Virus record (IMG/VR): IMGVR_UViG_3300035703_000069
Coordinates: 6,477-70,476 of that record
Length of the DNA: 64,000 nt
From: a virus
Strand: one strand, 5' to 3'
Positions 8,683 to 17,568 of this stretch are shown here, in pieces. The position numbers and the translations under genes are program-made. Positions within the stretch are counted from its first letter, which is position 1. Each line of letters opens with the position of its first letter. The notes under the pieces were generated by a model. The model saw nothing but the letters and a program-made list of their open reading frames with translations, was not told where the DNA came from and did no database searches.

Positions 8683-11573
8683 GCGTTGCGGGTGATGGTC
8701 CAGCCGCGAGCGACCAGAGCGTTGTAAGCAGTGACGGCGTTAGCGGTCCAGGTGGAGGCGCCTGCGTTGGTGCCGCCCTGGAGGCTGAGATTGCCGTTGG
8801 AAGTACCAGCTGCGTTGATGCTCACCAGGATGTTTTCGAGGGATGCGGCGGTCAGGGCGCAATCACGGAAAGCGTCGAGATAGCGGGTGCAGGTGGTGTT
8901 ATCGAAGAGGTTGGCGGGGAAGACCGCGAGAGCGCCGCAGCTGCGCCATGTTTCGCGGAAGCCGGTGTATGTGTTGCTTGCGTCGGACGCGAGGCCGGTT
9001 GCTGAGTCGAAGTCAAGTGCAGGCAAACTTGTTAATCCGTCGTTGTTGTACCAAGCTTGGCTAAAGTTGGTACCTGATCCAGTGTTGACCAACGGGAAGC
9101 TGGTGAGACTGGAGCAGTTTCCCCAGGTGCTGCTGAAGTTAGTTACTGCTGAGGTATCAATTAACGGGAAACTGGTGAGGCCGGAACAGTTATACCAAGC
9201 GTTGGTAAAGTTAGTGCCTGCTGAAGTATTGATCAGCGGGAAACTGGTGAGGCCGACGCAGTTGCGCCAAGCGTTAACGAAGCTTGTAGCCGCTGAGGTG
9301 GCAATCAACGGGAAACTGGTGAGGCCGGAACAGTCATACCAAGCGTTGTTAAAGTTAGTGCCTGCTGAAGTATTGATCAGCGGGAAGCTGGTAAGACTAG
9401 AGCAGTTGTACCAGGCGCCGCTAAAGTTAGTACCCGCTGCAGTGTTTATCAATGGGAAGCTGGTAAGGCTGGAGCAGTTGTACCAAGCTTCGGCAAAATT
9501 TGTACCTGCTGCAGTGTTTATTAACGGAAAGCTGGTAAGATTAGAGCAGTTGAACCAAGCGGCGCTAAAGTTAGTGCCTGCTGCAGTGTTTATTAACGGA
9601 AAGCTGGTAAGATTAGAGCAGTTGAACCAAGCGGCGCTAAAGTTAGTGCCTGCTGCAGTGTTTATCAATGGGAAGCTGGTAAGGCTGGAGCAGTTGTACC
9701 AAGTAGAACCAAAATTGGTCACATTCTGCGTTTGATCCCCAGCGGCAGTAAAGGCAGTCAAGCTGCTGCAGCCATTCCACGCAGCAAGGAGATTGGTAGC
9801 TGCGCTGAAGTTAAACGCCGGAAATGTTCCAGTGATGCTGCTGCAACCACGAAACGCATTGCTCCAATCCGTCACCCCGCTCGTATCAGGCAGATTCGTG
9901 GTGCGCGCCGATGTGCTGAAGTTCATCTGCGTGCAGCCGTAGAAGGCGTTGGCCATCGTGCTCGGGGTGCGGAACACGCTACTGCCGTTTGCGTTGGTAC
10001 CCCAAGCGGCGATCTGCAGCAGGTCTGGCGCGTTGGCGATGTTGTTGAAGTAGATGTTCTGCATCTTGCCCTCAACCCAAACGGGGTAGATGCCAGCAGA
10101 GGGATAGGTGTGCGTCAGGCCAGCAGCGCCGACTTCGGCAGCGGCAAGCTCGAGGGCGGACTCGGTGCCGTCGCCCCAGGTGATCACGATGTCGTTGTCG
10201 TTGGCGGCGCTTTCGGCGGGCAGCGTGAAGGTCTTGTCGCCGGAGGTGCTGGAGCCTTGGGTGTTGATCACCAGCGCCAGTGAGCCGGCCGGGCCGACGG
10301 GGCTATAGGTGTCTGCGTTGATCGGGTCGAGGTCGTTGCGGACCAGGGCCTCAGCGACGGCGGGCGTCAGCTCACCGGACCAGGCGTAGACGGTGTTGAT
10401 GTAGCCGTTGAACGCCTTGGTGGGGTCTACGGCGTCGTGGCCGATTGAGAGCTGGTTCAGGCCGGTGGGCACTGAGCTGCTCAGCGATGCTGCGTAGCGC
10501 GAGGAGTCGCGGGTGTATTGGTAGTTGTTGGCGCCCCAGGTGATGATGTTGCGCTCGCGGTTGGTGGTGGGCACCGGGAGCGGGAGGGAGCTTTTGCTGG
10601 TGCCGTCGTAGTTGGCGATCAGCGCCAGCGAGTTGTAGGTGCTGGTGTTGGAGAGGTAGGCCAGGTCTATCTTGTCGTTGCTGCTGTTTTTGAGGCTCAG
10701 CAGCGTGTCATTCTCGTTGGCCGTGATGGCGCGGGCGTCGATGTAGACGGAGCCGCTGGCGGGGAGCGGTGCCTCGATAGACAGGAGATCGGCATCCCTA
10801 CTGACTTCTGTTGAGTCAGTAGGGATGTAGGAAGTGAGTTCTGTCCCTACCTCCGTCTGCGCCCCCCAAGCATAAAAGTGTCGATTGATATCTCCTTGGT
10901 AACTGGGTACAGAAGCGTTATTTGGATTTACGGCTCCCGACAGAGCAAGGCCGTAGGTGGTCTGAGTACCCACTCGCGTCGCGTTAAAGTACAGCCTATA
11001 CCATCCATTCGCAAGCTTATGCACTCCGCTAAAGTTTGTATTGACAGAATAGACGATCGCTTCAGTGTCAAAATCGAATGTAATTACATGCCATGATTGG
11101 TCGCCTCGATCAGCAAGTATAACATACTTGCCCGAACCGCGCTTGACATATGCTGACATTGTGTAACTTGCGCCAGCAGTAGCGCCTGCTGTGTTGCTGT
11201 AAAGATAGTGCGAATTAAGGACGGAGGTCTCTGCTACCTTGTCAGCTGTTGTGGTCCCATCGGGCGCAGCAACCTGATCTGCAGTTACAACTACAAATTC
11301 CTTAGTCCATGCAGTATTGTCATCAAATTGAGAACTTTTCTTTGTTTTGTTTGTCGAGCTTGGTTGAATGAGTAGTCCATTTAGGGTTCCGGTTGCATAG
11401 TCGTACTCGAACCTTGGCTCGCTGGCTGGTGCGGTTTTTAGAATCCCGTCGAGACCTATATAAGTCGCTGCCGTGTTCCGCGTAAACTTAAACCTCGGGT
11501 CAATCCGCTGCGACGCCCTCGGGTCCAGCAGCACCTGCGGGCGGTTGTCGTAGAAGAGCTCTTTGATGGCCAT
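8679..11573 (-). CDS. Tail fibre / receptor-binding protein with carbohydrate-binding-like, PKD-like and 24-aa LRR (BspA/DUF285-like) repeats
   Basis: FTRNTAATY..APDGTTTAD..WGAQTE; ITWGDGT..HTYPSAG; tandem NCSSLTSFPLINTAAGTNFSxAW repeats. Confidence 0.8.
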   Translation of the reverse strand: MAIKELFYDNRPQVLLDPRASQRIDPRFKFTRNTAATYIGLDGILKTAPASEPRFEYDYATGTLNGLLIQPSSTNKTKKSSQFDDNTAWTKEFVVVTADQVAAPDGTTTADKVAETSVLNSHYLYSNTAGATAGASYTMSAYVKRGSGKYVILADRGDQSWHVITFDFDTEAIVYSVNTNFSGVHKLANGWYRLYFNATRVGTQTTYGLALSGAVNPNNASVPSYQGDINRHFYAWGAQTEVGTELTSYIPTDSTEVSRDADLLSIEAPLPASGSVYIDARAITANENDTLLSLKNSSNDKIDLAYLSNTSTYNSLALIANYDGTSKSSLPLPVPTTNRERNIITWGANNYQYTRDSSRYAASLSSSVPTGLNQLSIGHDAVDPTKAFNGYINTVYAWSGELTPAVAEALVRNDLDPINADTYSPVGPAGSLALVINTQGSSTSGDKTFTLPAESAANDNDIVITWGDGTESALELAAAEVGAAGLTHTYPSAGIYPVWVEGKMQNIYFNNIANAPDLLQIAAWGTNANGSSVFRTPSTMANAFYGCTQMNFSTSARTTNLPDTSGVTDWSNAFRGCSSITGTFPAFNFSAATNLLAAWNGCSSLTAFTAAGDQTQNVTNFGSTWYNCSSLTSFPLINTAAGTNFSAAWFNCSNLTSFPLINTAAGTNFSAAWFNCSNLTSFPLINTAAGTNFAEAWYNCSSLTSFPLINTAAGTNFSGAWYNCSSLTSFPLINTSAGTNFNNAWYDCSGLTSFPLIATSAATSFVNAWRNCVGLTSFPLINTSAGTNFTNAWYNCSGLTSFPLIDTSAVTNFSSTWGNCSSLTSFPLVNTGSGTNFSQAWYNNDGLTSLPALDFDSATGLASDASNTYTGFRETWRSCGALAVFPANLFDNTTCTRYLDAFRDCALTAASLENILVSINAAGTSNGNLSLQGGTNAGASTWTANAVTAYNALVARGWTITRNA
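9040..9790 (-). repeat. 72-nt tandem coding repeats (~10 units)
   Basis: Recurrent AACGGGAAGCTGGTAAG...GCAGTTGTACCAAGC units; two adjacent units near 9510-9660 are near-identical. Confidence 0.9.
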
Positions 11574-11577
11574 GGGA

Positions 11578-14500
11578 TCAGGCGGTGGTGGTGGACTTGA
11601 TGATCACGAAGTTGAGAACCACCGCCTCAGACAGTGATCCAGCGGTGAGGTTGCGCAAGACGATCTTCACCGAACCGCTTGCAATGTCCAACGTACTGAC
11701 CGAATAAGCGCCAGCTGTAGCGCCGGACTTAATGCTGACAGCAACAACATCCTGGGGCGAGATCTGGCTGTTTGTCAGTGTAAACGCGACGGCTGTATCA
11801 GCTGCCAACGCTGCACCGTTCATCGTGATCTGACCGCATGGCGTGTTCAGCGTGACGCCTGTGCTCTTGTCAGTCGACTGCGTGACGCTGCCGCCGCCCT
11901 GGGCGTAGCCGCACCACTCATCGACGAATGCCATCCGGCCCAGCATCCCGGACACGGGCACCTCATCGGCGTCGGTGCCGGTCTCGAAGCTGAAGACCTT
12001 GGCGCTTAGCAGCGCGTTGTACTGGCGCCAGTAGTTCAGCCCAAGGTTGGTGATGACCTTGGGTTGGTTGTTGTCGAGGATCGCAGCGTCCGCACTCGGG
12101 ATGGCACCGCCTTGGATGTCTTCGAGTGTGGCCAAAGCCACGGCGCCGAGTGGGCTCGGATCCGTCGATAGACTCGCGCTCAAGGAGAACGTCGGCTTGC
12201 CGAGGATGCTGACGTCGTTGAACGTGCTTGTGCCACCGGCGTTGATACCAGTGGGGAACTCGGTGACGGGATCTTCCTCCACCGTTGCCAAGGCTGTCAG
12301 GCTCTGGGACTGACCGGTGTTGAGGTCCTCAATGCCGGTGCTCTTGACGATGAAGCCCTCTTCGTTGAAGCCAGAGGGGTAGACGCGGCCACCGAGCTCG
12401 TTGGTGAAGTAGTAAGTGAACTTGTTAAGGGCGGAGAGCTGCTGCTGCACCGCCGGGAACGCCTTGGAGTAGTTGAGCGTGCCAGCCCACTCGAAGGCGT
12501 GCGCAAAGAGGCGCAGTACTGAGGGGCGGCGGAACTCGGCAGCCCAGCAGTTGCGCGAGGTGGCTAAGCCGCCGGATGGGGCGGTGGGGAAGTGGGTGGT
12601 GTTGTTGACCTTGCGGATGCGCTCAGTGGCCGCTCTCGGTTGGAGTGCGGTGTGTGCTGCGCTTTCGCTGAAACCCAGAGCGCGGAGGAATTGGTAGGCG
12701 CCGAGGTAGTCGTTGCTGGAGCGGTACTGATCCTGCAGCGACTTCGTTACACCGGTTGCACCGGTCGCGGTCCAGAGCGTCGAGAAGTCGAAGCCGAGCG
12801 TCGTGCTGGCTTGGACGTTTGCCGTGTCGTTGTCCAGGACCAGGGCGAAGCTCTCGTTGCTTTGCTTTTCGTCCGCCTGGTGGGCGTTAGGCATGTGGAC
12901 ATATGATTCCTGCCAGTCAGCCGCAGGAGGTGCACCCGAGCTCGGGGTGGTGGTGTCACGTAGAGCTGTGAAGTGCTTGCTGTTGTAGGTGACCGTTGTG
13001 CCTTCGCGGTAGAAGGTGCTGTTGGCGTAGATGATGCTGGGGTTTGTACGCCGCAGCTGGATCTCCATCCCCTTGTAGATGGCATTGAACTGCGGATAGT
13101 CCGCTGCTGTGATGTCGACGTTGACAACACTGCTGATCGTCAGCGGCTCACTCGTGGGCAGGGTGCCGTTCACGTAGGGATCGACGTCCCCGAAGAGGGT
13201 CGGTGCTGTGGGGTCCAGCTGCAGGATGTAGTCCCGTTGCACCAGGCGGGTCGGTGCAACGACGGAGAACATACCGATGGAGAGGCGGCGCTCGGCGGCA
13301 GTGCGGGTGTCGACCAGACGACGGATGTAAACGCGGCGGCCAACCGCTCGGTTGGTAACGCTGTTCGGAGGGATGCCCGGGCTGGTGCCGGCCTCGTCTT
13401 GGAGACCGGGGGCGTCGCCGGCTGTACCTTTCAGGCGGATCAGGTTGCCGTCGGCTGTGCTCCAGGCGTTGCTGGCTAGCTGGGCGCGCCAGTCCGTACC
13501 GTTGGGGTTTTCGACCCAGATGTAGCTGTCAGCGCGGAGGCTGTAACCGAGGTCGCCCAGGATCTTAGGCACCGTGGTGGATCCGTCCTGCGCGACGAGG
13601 TCATCGTTTAGGTAGATCCGAATGTCACCGTCGACGTAGCTTTCGACTGTGCCGAGGTAGTACTTTTGGATATTGCCTGTTTTCGCGCTCAAATTGAGCG
13701 GGGCTTTGAAGTAAGCAAAGCGCCACTCTTTATCGAGATCGAATGCTTTGGACTTGTAGCCCGTGGAGATCGCGACGCAACCACCAAAGGAGCTGTTGGA
13801 GTTGGTGATCGAGATCTCGGCACCGCTCTCGGTGGCGTGGTGGACGCCTTGGCCGATGGCGAAGATCGAGACTTCTTGGATGAAGGCACCGTTGATCGCA
13901 CGGATGTGGTAACTCCGGCGGGAGGGCTTCATCCGAACGTTGTTCGGATCGCTGGTGATGTAGGTCTCGTAGCTCGGCATCTGCTGCCAAGCGTTGGTTT
14001 GGTACAGCTCCCAGCAGGTCATGTCCTTCTGCAGGGACACGCCGGTGTAGTTGGCGGTCACCATGGACTTGAGGCCCTCGACCTTGGCGCCGTCTGCGTG
14101 GATCCCGCCCATGCCGTACTCGGAGCGGACCGAGCAGTTGAAGATGTAGGGCGAGGCGCTGGCGGTGGTGTCCCAGTCCGGGCCAGGGGTGTCGTCGATT
14201 GGGCCAACGATCTTGTACTCGGTGGCTCGGGTGACCGTCAGTGCGGCGCTGAGGTTGCCGCCGGAGCCCACCGAGCTGTACACCTTGGTATAGAAGGCAT
14301 CGAGCTCGGTTTTGCTGGCGAAACCAAAGCCGGAGAGCAGGTGATGGCTGCTGTTAGCATTCACCTTGTCCATGAAGGTGAAGCCGAAGAAGTAGCCGGT
14401 GCCGGTGATCTTGAAGATCTCGCTACGGTTACTGCGATCAGCCAGCTCGTCGGTGTTGGCCGGTACCCAGGTAGGGCGGAAGGTGCATTTGCGCAGGTCC

Positions 14501-15099
14501 GGCCCGCAGAGTGAGCAGCCGCGGGGCAGGAGCACACCGCCGCTGGCGGGGTTGAACTTGATTAGCTCGGTTGAGTCGGGCTCGTAGCCGTCGACCCAGT
14601 TGCCGGTTGGGTTGCTGGTGCCGGGGTCGTTGTAGACCGTGTGGACACCGGGGGCGAGGACGATCGAGACGCAGTCGAGGTGCGCCCTCGGGTCGGTGTA
14701 CGTGTACCAGCTCTTGCTGGTGATGATGGCGGCTTCTATGACCGCCCGGTTGATTGTTTTGAAGGGGCGGCTCGGGGTATAGCCGCAGGTCAGGCGTTGC
14801 TTCTCAAGGCGTTTGAGCTTCGCGGCGATCTTTTCGTTATCGGTCGCGCCTGCTGGGAGCTCGTAGTCGTTGTAAGCACCAGCGGCGAATGTGTCGCTGC
14901 CGGTATAGGGGTTGACGTAGAGCGTGAAGGGTGCAGTGAGCGGGTCCACCATCTCGGTGTTGCCCGCCTTGACGTTGGCGTTACCCGCCAACTGACGCAT
15001 CAGGTCGTTGAGCGTGGCGATCTGCTGCCGGAATTCGGCCTGCGTCGCATTGATGTTGTCGATGGCGCCTGTGACGCCGGCGTATTTCAGGCGAGCCAC
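11578..15099 (-). CDS. Large tail fibre / tailspike protein (beta-helix-like)
   Basis: 1173 aa; LYVNPYTGSD..PFKTINRA..LAPGVH beta-helix cap; fibre-like C-terminal domain. Confidence 0.75.
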   Translation of the reverse strand: MARLKYAGVTGAIDNINATQAEFRQQIATLNDLMRQLAGNANVKAGNTEMVDPLTAPFTLYVNPYTGSDTFAAGAYNDYELPAGATDNEKIAAKLKRLEKQRLTCGYTPSRPFKTINRAVIEAAIITSKSWYTYTDPRAHLDCVSIVLAPGVHTVYNDPGTSNPTGNWVDGYEPDSTELIKFNPASGGVLLPRGCSLCGPDLRKCTFRPTWVPANTDELADRSNRSEIFKITGTGYFFGFTFMDKVNANSSHHLLSGFGFASKTELDAFYTKVYSSVGSGGNLSAALTVTRATEYKIVGPIDDTPGPDWDTTASASPYIFNCSVRSEYGMGGIHADGAKVEGLKSMVTANYTGVSLQKDMTCWELYQTNAWQQMPSYETYITSDPNNVRMKPSRRSYHIRAINGAFIQEVSIFAIGQGVHHATESGAEISITNSNSSFGGCVAISTGYKSKAFDLDKEWRFAYFKAPLNLSAKTGNIQKYYLGTVESYVDGDIRIYLNDDLVAQDGSTTVPKILGDLGYSLRADSYIWVENPNGTDWRAQLASNAWSTADGNLIRLKGTAGDAPGLQDEAGTSPGIPPNSVTNRAVGRRVYIRRLVDTRTAAERRLSIGMFSVVAPTRLVQRDYILQLDPTAPTLFGDVDPYVNGTLPTSEPLTISSVVNVDITAADYPQFNAIYKGMEIQLRRTNPSIIYANSTFYREGTTVTYNSKHFTALRDTTTPSSGAPPAADWQESYVHMPNAHQADEKQSNESFALVLDNDTANVQASTTLGFDFSTLWTATGATGVTKSLQDQYRSSNDYLGAYQFLRALGFSESAAHTALQPRAATERIRKVNNTTHFPTAPSGGLATSRNCWAAEFRRPSVLRLFAHAFEWAGTLNYSKAFPAVQQQLSALNKFTYYFTNELGGRVYPSGFNEEGFIVKSTGIEDLNTGQSQSLTALATVEEDPVTEFPTGINAGGTSTFNDVSILGKPTFSLSASLSTDPSPLGAVALATLEDIQGGAIPSADAAILDNNQPKVITNLGLNYWRQYNALLSAKVFSFETGTDADEVPVSGMLGRMAFVDEWCGYAQGGGSVTQSTDKSTGVTLNTPCGQITMNGAALAADTAVAFTLTNSQISPQDVVAVSIKSGATAGAYSVSTLDIASGSVKIVLRNLTAGSLSEAVVLNFVIIKSTTTA

Positions 15100-15138
15100 A
15101 CCGCTTTAGCGCTCAGTTAGTCGCAGTCTAGCGATGCT

Positions 15139-16734
15139 CTACGGGGTGATCTTGATGGCGATTTCACCGGTTACGACGAAATCACTGCTGCCTGCGATGA
15201 GTGCGTCAGCACGGGTATTGATGCGAGTATTAGTAAGTAATAAGTCGCATTGATAGTAGGCGGAGCCGCTTAGTTGTCCGCAATTATTATCGCGGTTCTG
15301 ATAGAGCCAGAATCTGGCATTGCTCTTGCAGCCTTGCTGGGTCAACAGCACCAGCCGCAGTAGGGCCATGGAGTCCTGGCCTGCGCTCGTGGACTTGTGG
15401 TCTACGAGGAACTGGAGAGAGCCGGCGCCACGGACCAGGGCCTTGGTGTTTTCGCCGAAGGTCTCGCCGATGGCGGTCATGTCCAGGTTGGCAGCGTCGA
15501 TGTCGAGAGCCCATTCCTGAAGGTCGGCTTGGAACAGCCAGCCGCGGCTAGCGGGGTCATCCAGAGTCGCTGTGATCGCACTCGGGACAGTGATTACGTC
15601 TGAGAGCGGCTGCGACGTGCTCGGGAGTGTCAGGGGCTTGATCGAATTGGCTGCGCTGTTCAGTGCTGTTTGGTAGGACGAGGAGTCGGCGTAGCGGGCG
15701 ATGACGAAGTTGCCGCAATCGACGCGGCGTAGGGGCTTGGTATCGGCTGTGATCTGATTGTGTGCTGAGATCTCGGAGTCGTAGAGACAGATTCGACCGA
15801 GGGCGTCCTGCTCGATGAAGCCGTCGAATTGCGTTGTGAAGCCGGTGTCTGCGTTTCTGTTGTAATAGAAGAACTGAAGGAGAGCAGGCAGGGGAATCAA
15901 ATCTTCTAGTGCTTGCTCTGCAGGGTTCAGTGTCAGAGTGCTCAGGTCAGCTGCAGCCGTATTGATCGCGGCTGTGTAACCGGGGTCGCTTTGGTATTTA
16001 CTCAGAACGATATTGCCGCAGTCTGCTGGGAGGATGACGTACTCGGTGGCACCAGCACTGGGAGCGCTGTAGAAGCGGACTCGATTGTTAGCGTCCTTGA
16101 CGATATATGCCGTGAAGTTGGTGGTCAGTCCTGTAGCGGCATTGCTGTTGTAGAAGGCAGCAGTGTCGTCCCCGGTTTGGTAGTAGGGATCGTTTTGGTT
16201 GGTGGTGTGATCTCGCGCTGGGCCGACTTGCCAGTAGGAGCCGGCATAGACACCGAGGCCGCTCGGGCAGTCGGCGTAACCGTCACCGTTGAAATCGATT
16301 GGTACACCGGTGATGCTGGCGAAGATCACGCGGTCGCCGGTTTTGAAGTTGCTGGCGTTGACGGTTAACGAGGCCGGCAGGGGTGTGTTGTTGATCTGAG
16401 AGGACGCAATGCCGACGTGTTCAACGCGGTAGTGCGGACCGTTCTCGTTGGTTTCGGGACCGTCGTAGAAGTCACGGGCGGGGCCGAGCTCGTAGATGGA
16501 GCCTCGGTAAATGCCGTGGCCTTCGGGGCAGTCGGCATACCCATCTCCGTTGAGGTCGAGTGGGATGCCGTTGGCGGCTGTGAAAAGAACGCGGTCGCCC
16601 GTCCAGTAGTTGTCGTTGCCGAGCTCGATGCGGACGGGGTTGGTGGTGAAGGTGATCGCCGCTGGGGCGAGCGCCATCGGCTCCGGCCATTCCCGGCTGA
16701 GCTCCAGGATTCCGCCGTTGCCGAGAAGTGCCAT
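15139..16734 (-). CDS. Tail tube-like structural protein with a duplicated inserted domain
   Basis: C-terminus (WALDIDAANLDMTAIG..GAGSLQFLVD) resembles 16734..17150; two TGDRV..NGDGYADCP..GPARD copies. Confidence 0.7.
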   Translation of the reverse strand: MALLGNGGILELSREWPEPMALAPAAITFTTNPVRIELGNDNYWTGDRVLFTAANGIPLDLNGDGYADCPEGHGIYRGSIYELGPARDFYDGPETNENGPHYRVEHVGIASSQINNTPLPASLTVNASNFKTGDRVIFASITGVPIDFNGDGYADCPSGLGVYAGSYWQVGPARDHTTNQNDPYYQTGDDTAAFYNSNAATGLTTNFTAYIVKDANNRVRFYSAPSAGATEYVILPADCGNIVLSKYQSDPGYTAAINTAAADLSTLTLNPAEQALEDLIPLPALLQFFYYNRNADTGFTTQFDGFIEQDALGRICLYDSEISAHNQITADTKPLRRVDCGNFVIARYADSSSYQTALNSAANSIKPLTLPSTSQPLSDVITVPSAITATLDDPASRGWLFQADLQEWALDIDAANLDMTAIGETFGENTKALVRGAGSLQFLVDHKSTSAGQDSMALLRLVLLTQQGCKSNARFWLYQNRDNNCGQLSGSAYYQCDLLLTNTRINTRADALIAGSSDFVVTGEIAIKITP

Positions 16735-17150
16735 CAGAACGCGCCGGTGGGTTTCCCGGAGATGGTGAAGCTGATGGGCACAGAGACCAGGTCGCCGACG
16801 GAGATGCCGGGGCCGGCGGCTGTGATCAGGGCGTCGCCGGAGATTGTGCCGACTGTGCTGGCTGTGTCGAGGACAAGCTGCAGGCCGGAGAGCGTCTCGG
16901 TGTCGCTGAGGATCTGGTTCATCAGATCAGCGGTGCCGGTGTCGCTGGGGTCATAGAGCAGGGTGCCGCTACCGCTGGTGCTGCGGATGCCGTAGGCGTA
17001 GGTGCGGTCGCGCTGTCCAATGCCGGTGGTCTCGAGGGCATCACGGTTGATGTCGAGTTTGACGTCGCGGACTTTGGCGATGGTCGAGTAAGCGGCCGCG
17101 CTCGAGACTTTGAATTTGAGGAGCGCCGTGGCGCTTGTTTTGACGGCCAT
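16734..17150 (-). CDS. Tail tube-like protein
   Basis: VRDVKLDINRDALETTGIG...SGSGTLLYD...ISFTISG. Confidence 0.7.
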   Translation of the reverse strand: MAVKTSATALLKFKVSSAAAYSTIAKVRDVKLDINRDALETTGIGQRDRTYAYGIRSTSGSGTLLYDPSDTGTADLMNQILSDTETLSGLQLVLDTASTVGTISGDALITAAGPGISVGDLVSVPISFTISGKPTGAF

Positions 17151-17163
17151 CGCTCTCGGGCTT

Positions 17164-17568
17164 TTAGGTCAGTCTAAGTTCGGCAACTAGGCGAAGATTC
17201 ACTGATGAGCGGCCCGGAGCGATGCTATCGACGGTTGGGGGCTCTTCGGTGAAGAACCACTTCATGCCGGCACCGGTAGAGAATGTAGAGAGCCAGTTAG
17301 CTAGGTTTGTAGAGGCGCCGTTGAAGATGATGCTGGGTAATGTGAGATCTGTCGTAGCACCTTTGGCGTCGTTGTAAGCAGCAAGTATCAACGCCGCATT
17401 GTCGTCAGTGATGTTTGCGAAACCGAGTGTGAGTTGGGCCTGCGAGGGTCGGCTACCCCAGAGGCGCCGGGTGGTCACGCCTGACTGACTGGTGATGCCG
17501 GTGGTGGGCCACTTCGGGGCGACGAAGCTGCGGCTTGTCGGTTCGATAGTGGGGAAGGTGACAGCCAT
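17164..17568 (-). CDS. Distal/minor tail protein
   Basis: Position next to the tail-tip gene; FPTIEPTSRSF N-terminus. Confidence 0.6.
   Translation of the reverse strand: MAVTFPTIEPTSRSFVAPKWPTTGITSQSGVTTRRLWGSRPSQAQLTLGFANITDDNAALILAAYNDAKGATTDLTLPSIIFNGASTNLANWLSTFSTGAGMKWFFTEEPPTVDSIAPGRSSVNLRLVAELRLT

Noticed and set aside
8887-9735. 282-aa plus-strand repeat ORF (INGKLVRLEQLYQA)
   Set aside because: It is the antisense shadow of the 72-nt repeats in the tail fibre gene.
9040-9790. Repeat tract as a CRISPR array or DGR template/variable pair
   Set aside because: The repeats are contiguous and in frame with no spacers, and no reverse transcriptase is visible in the window.
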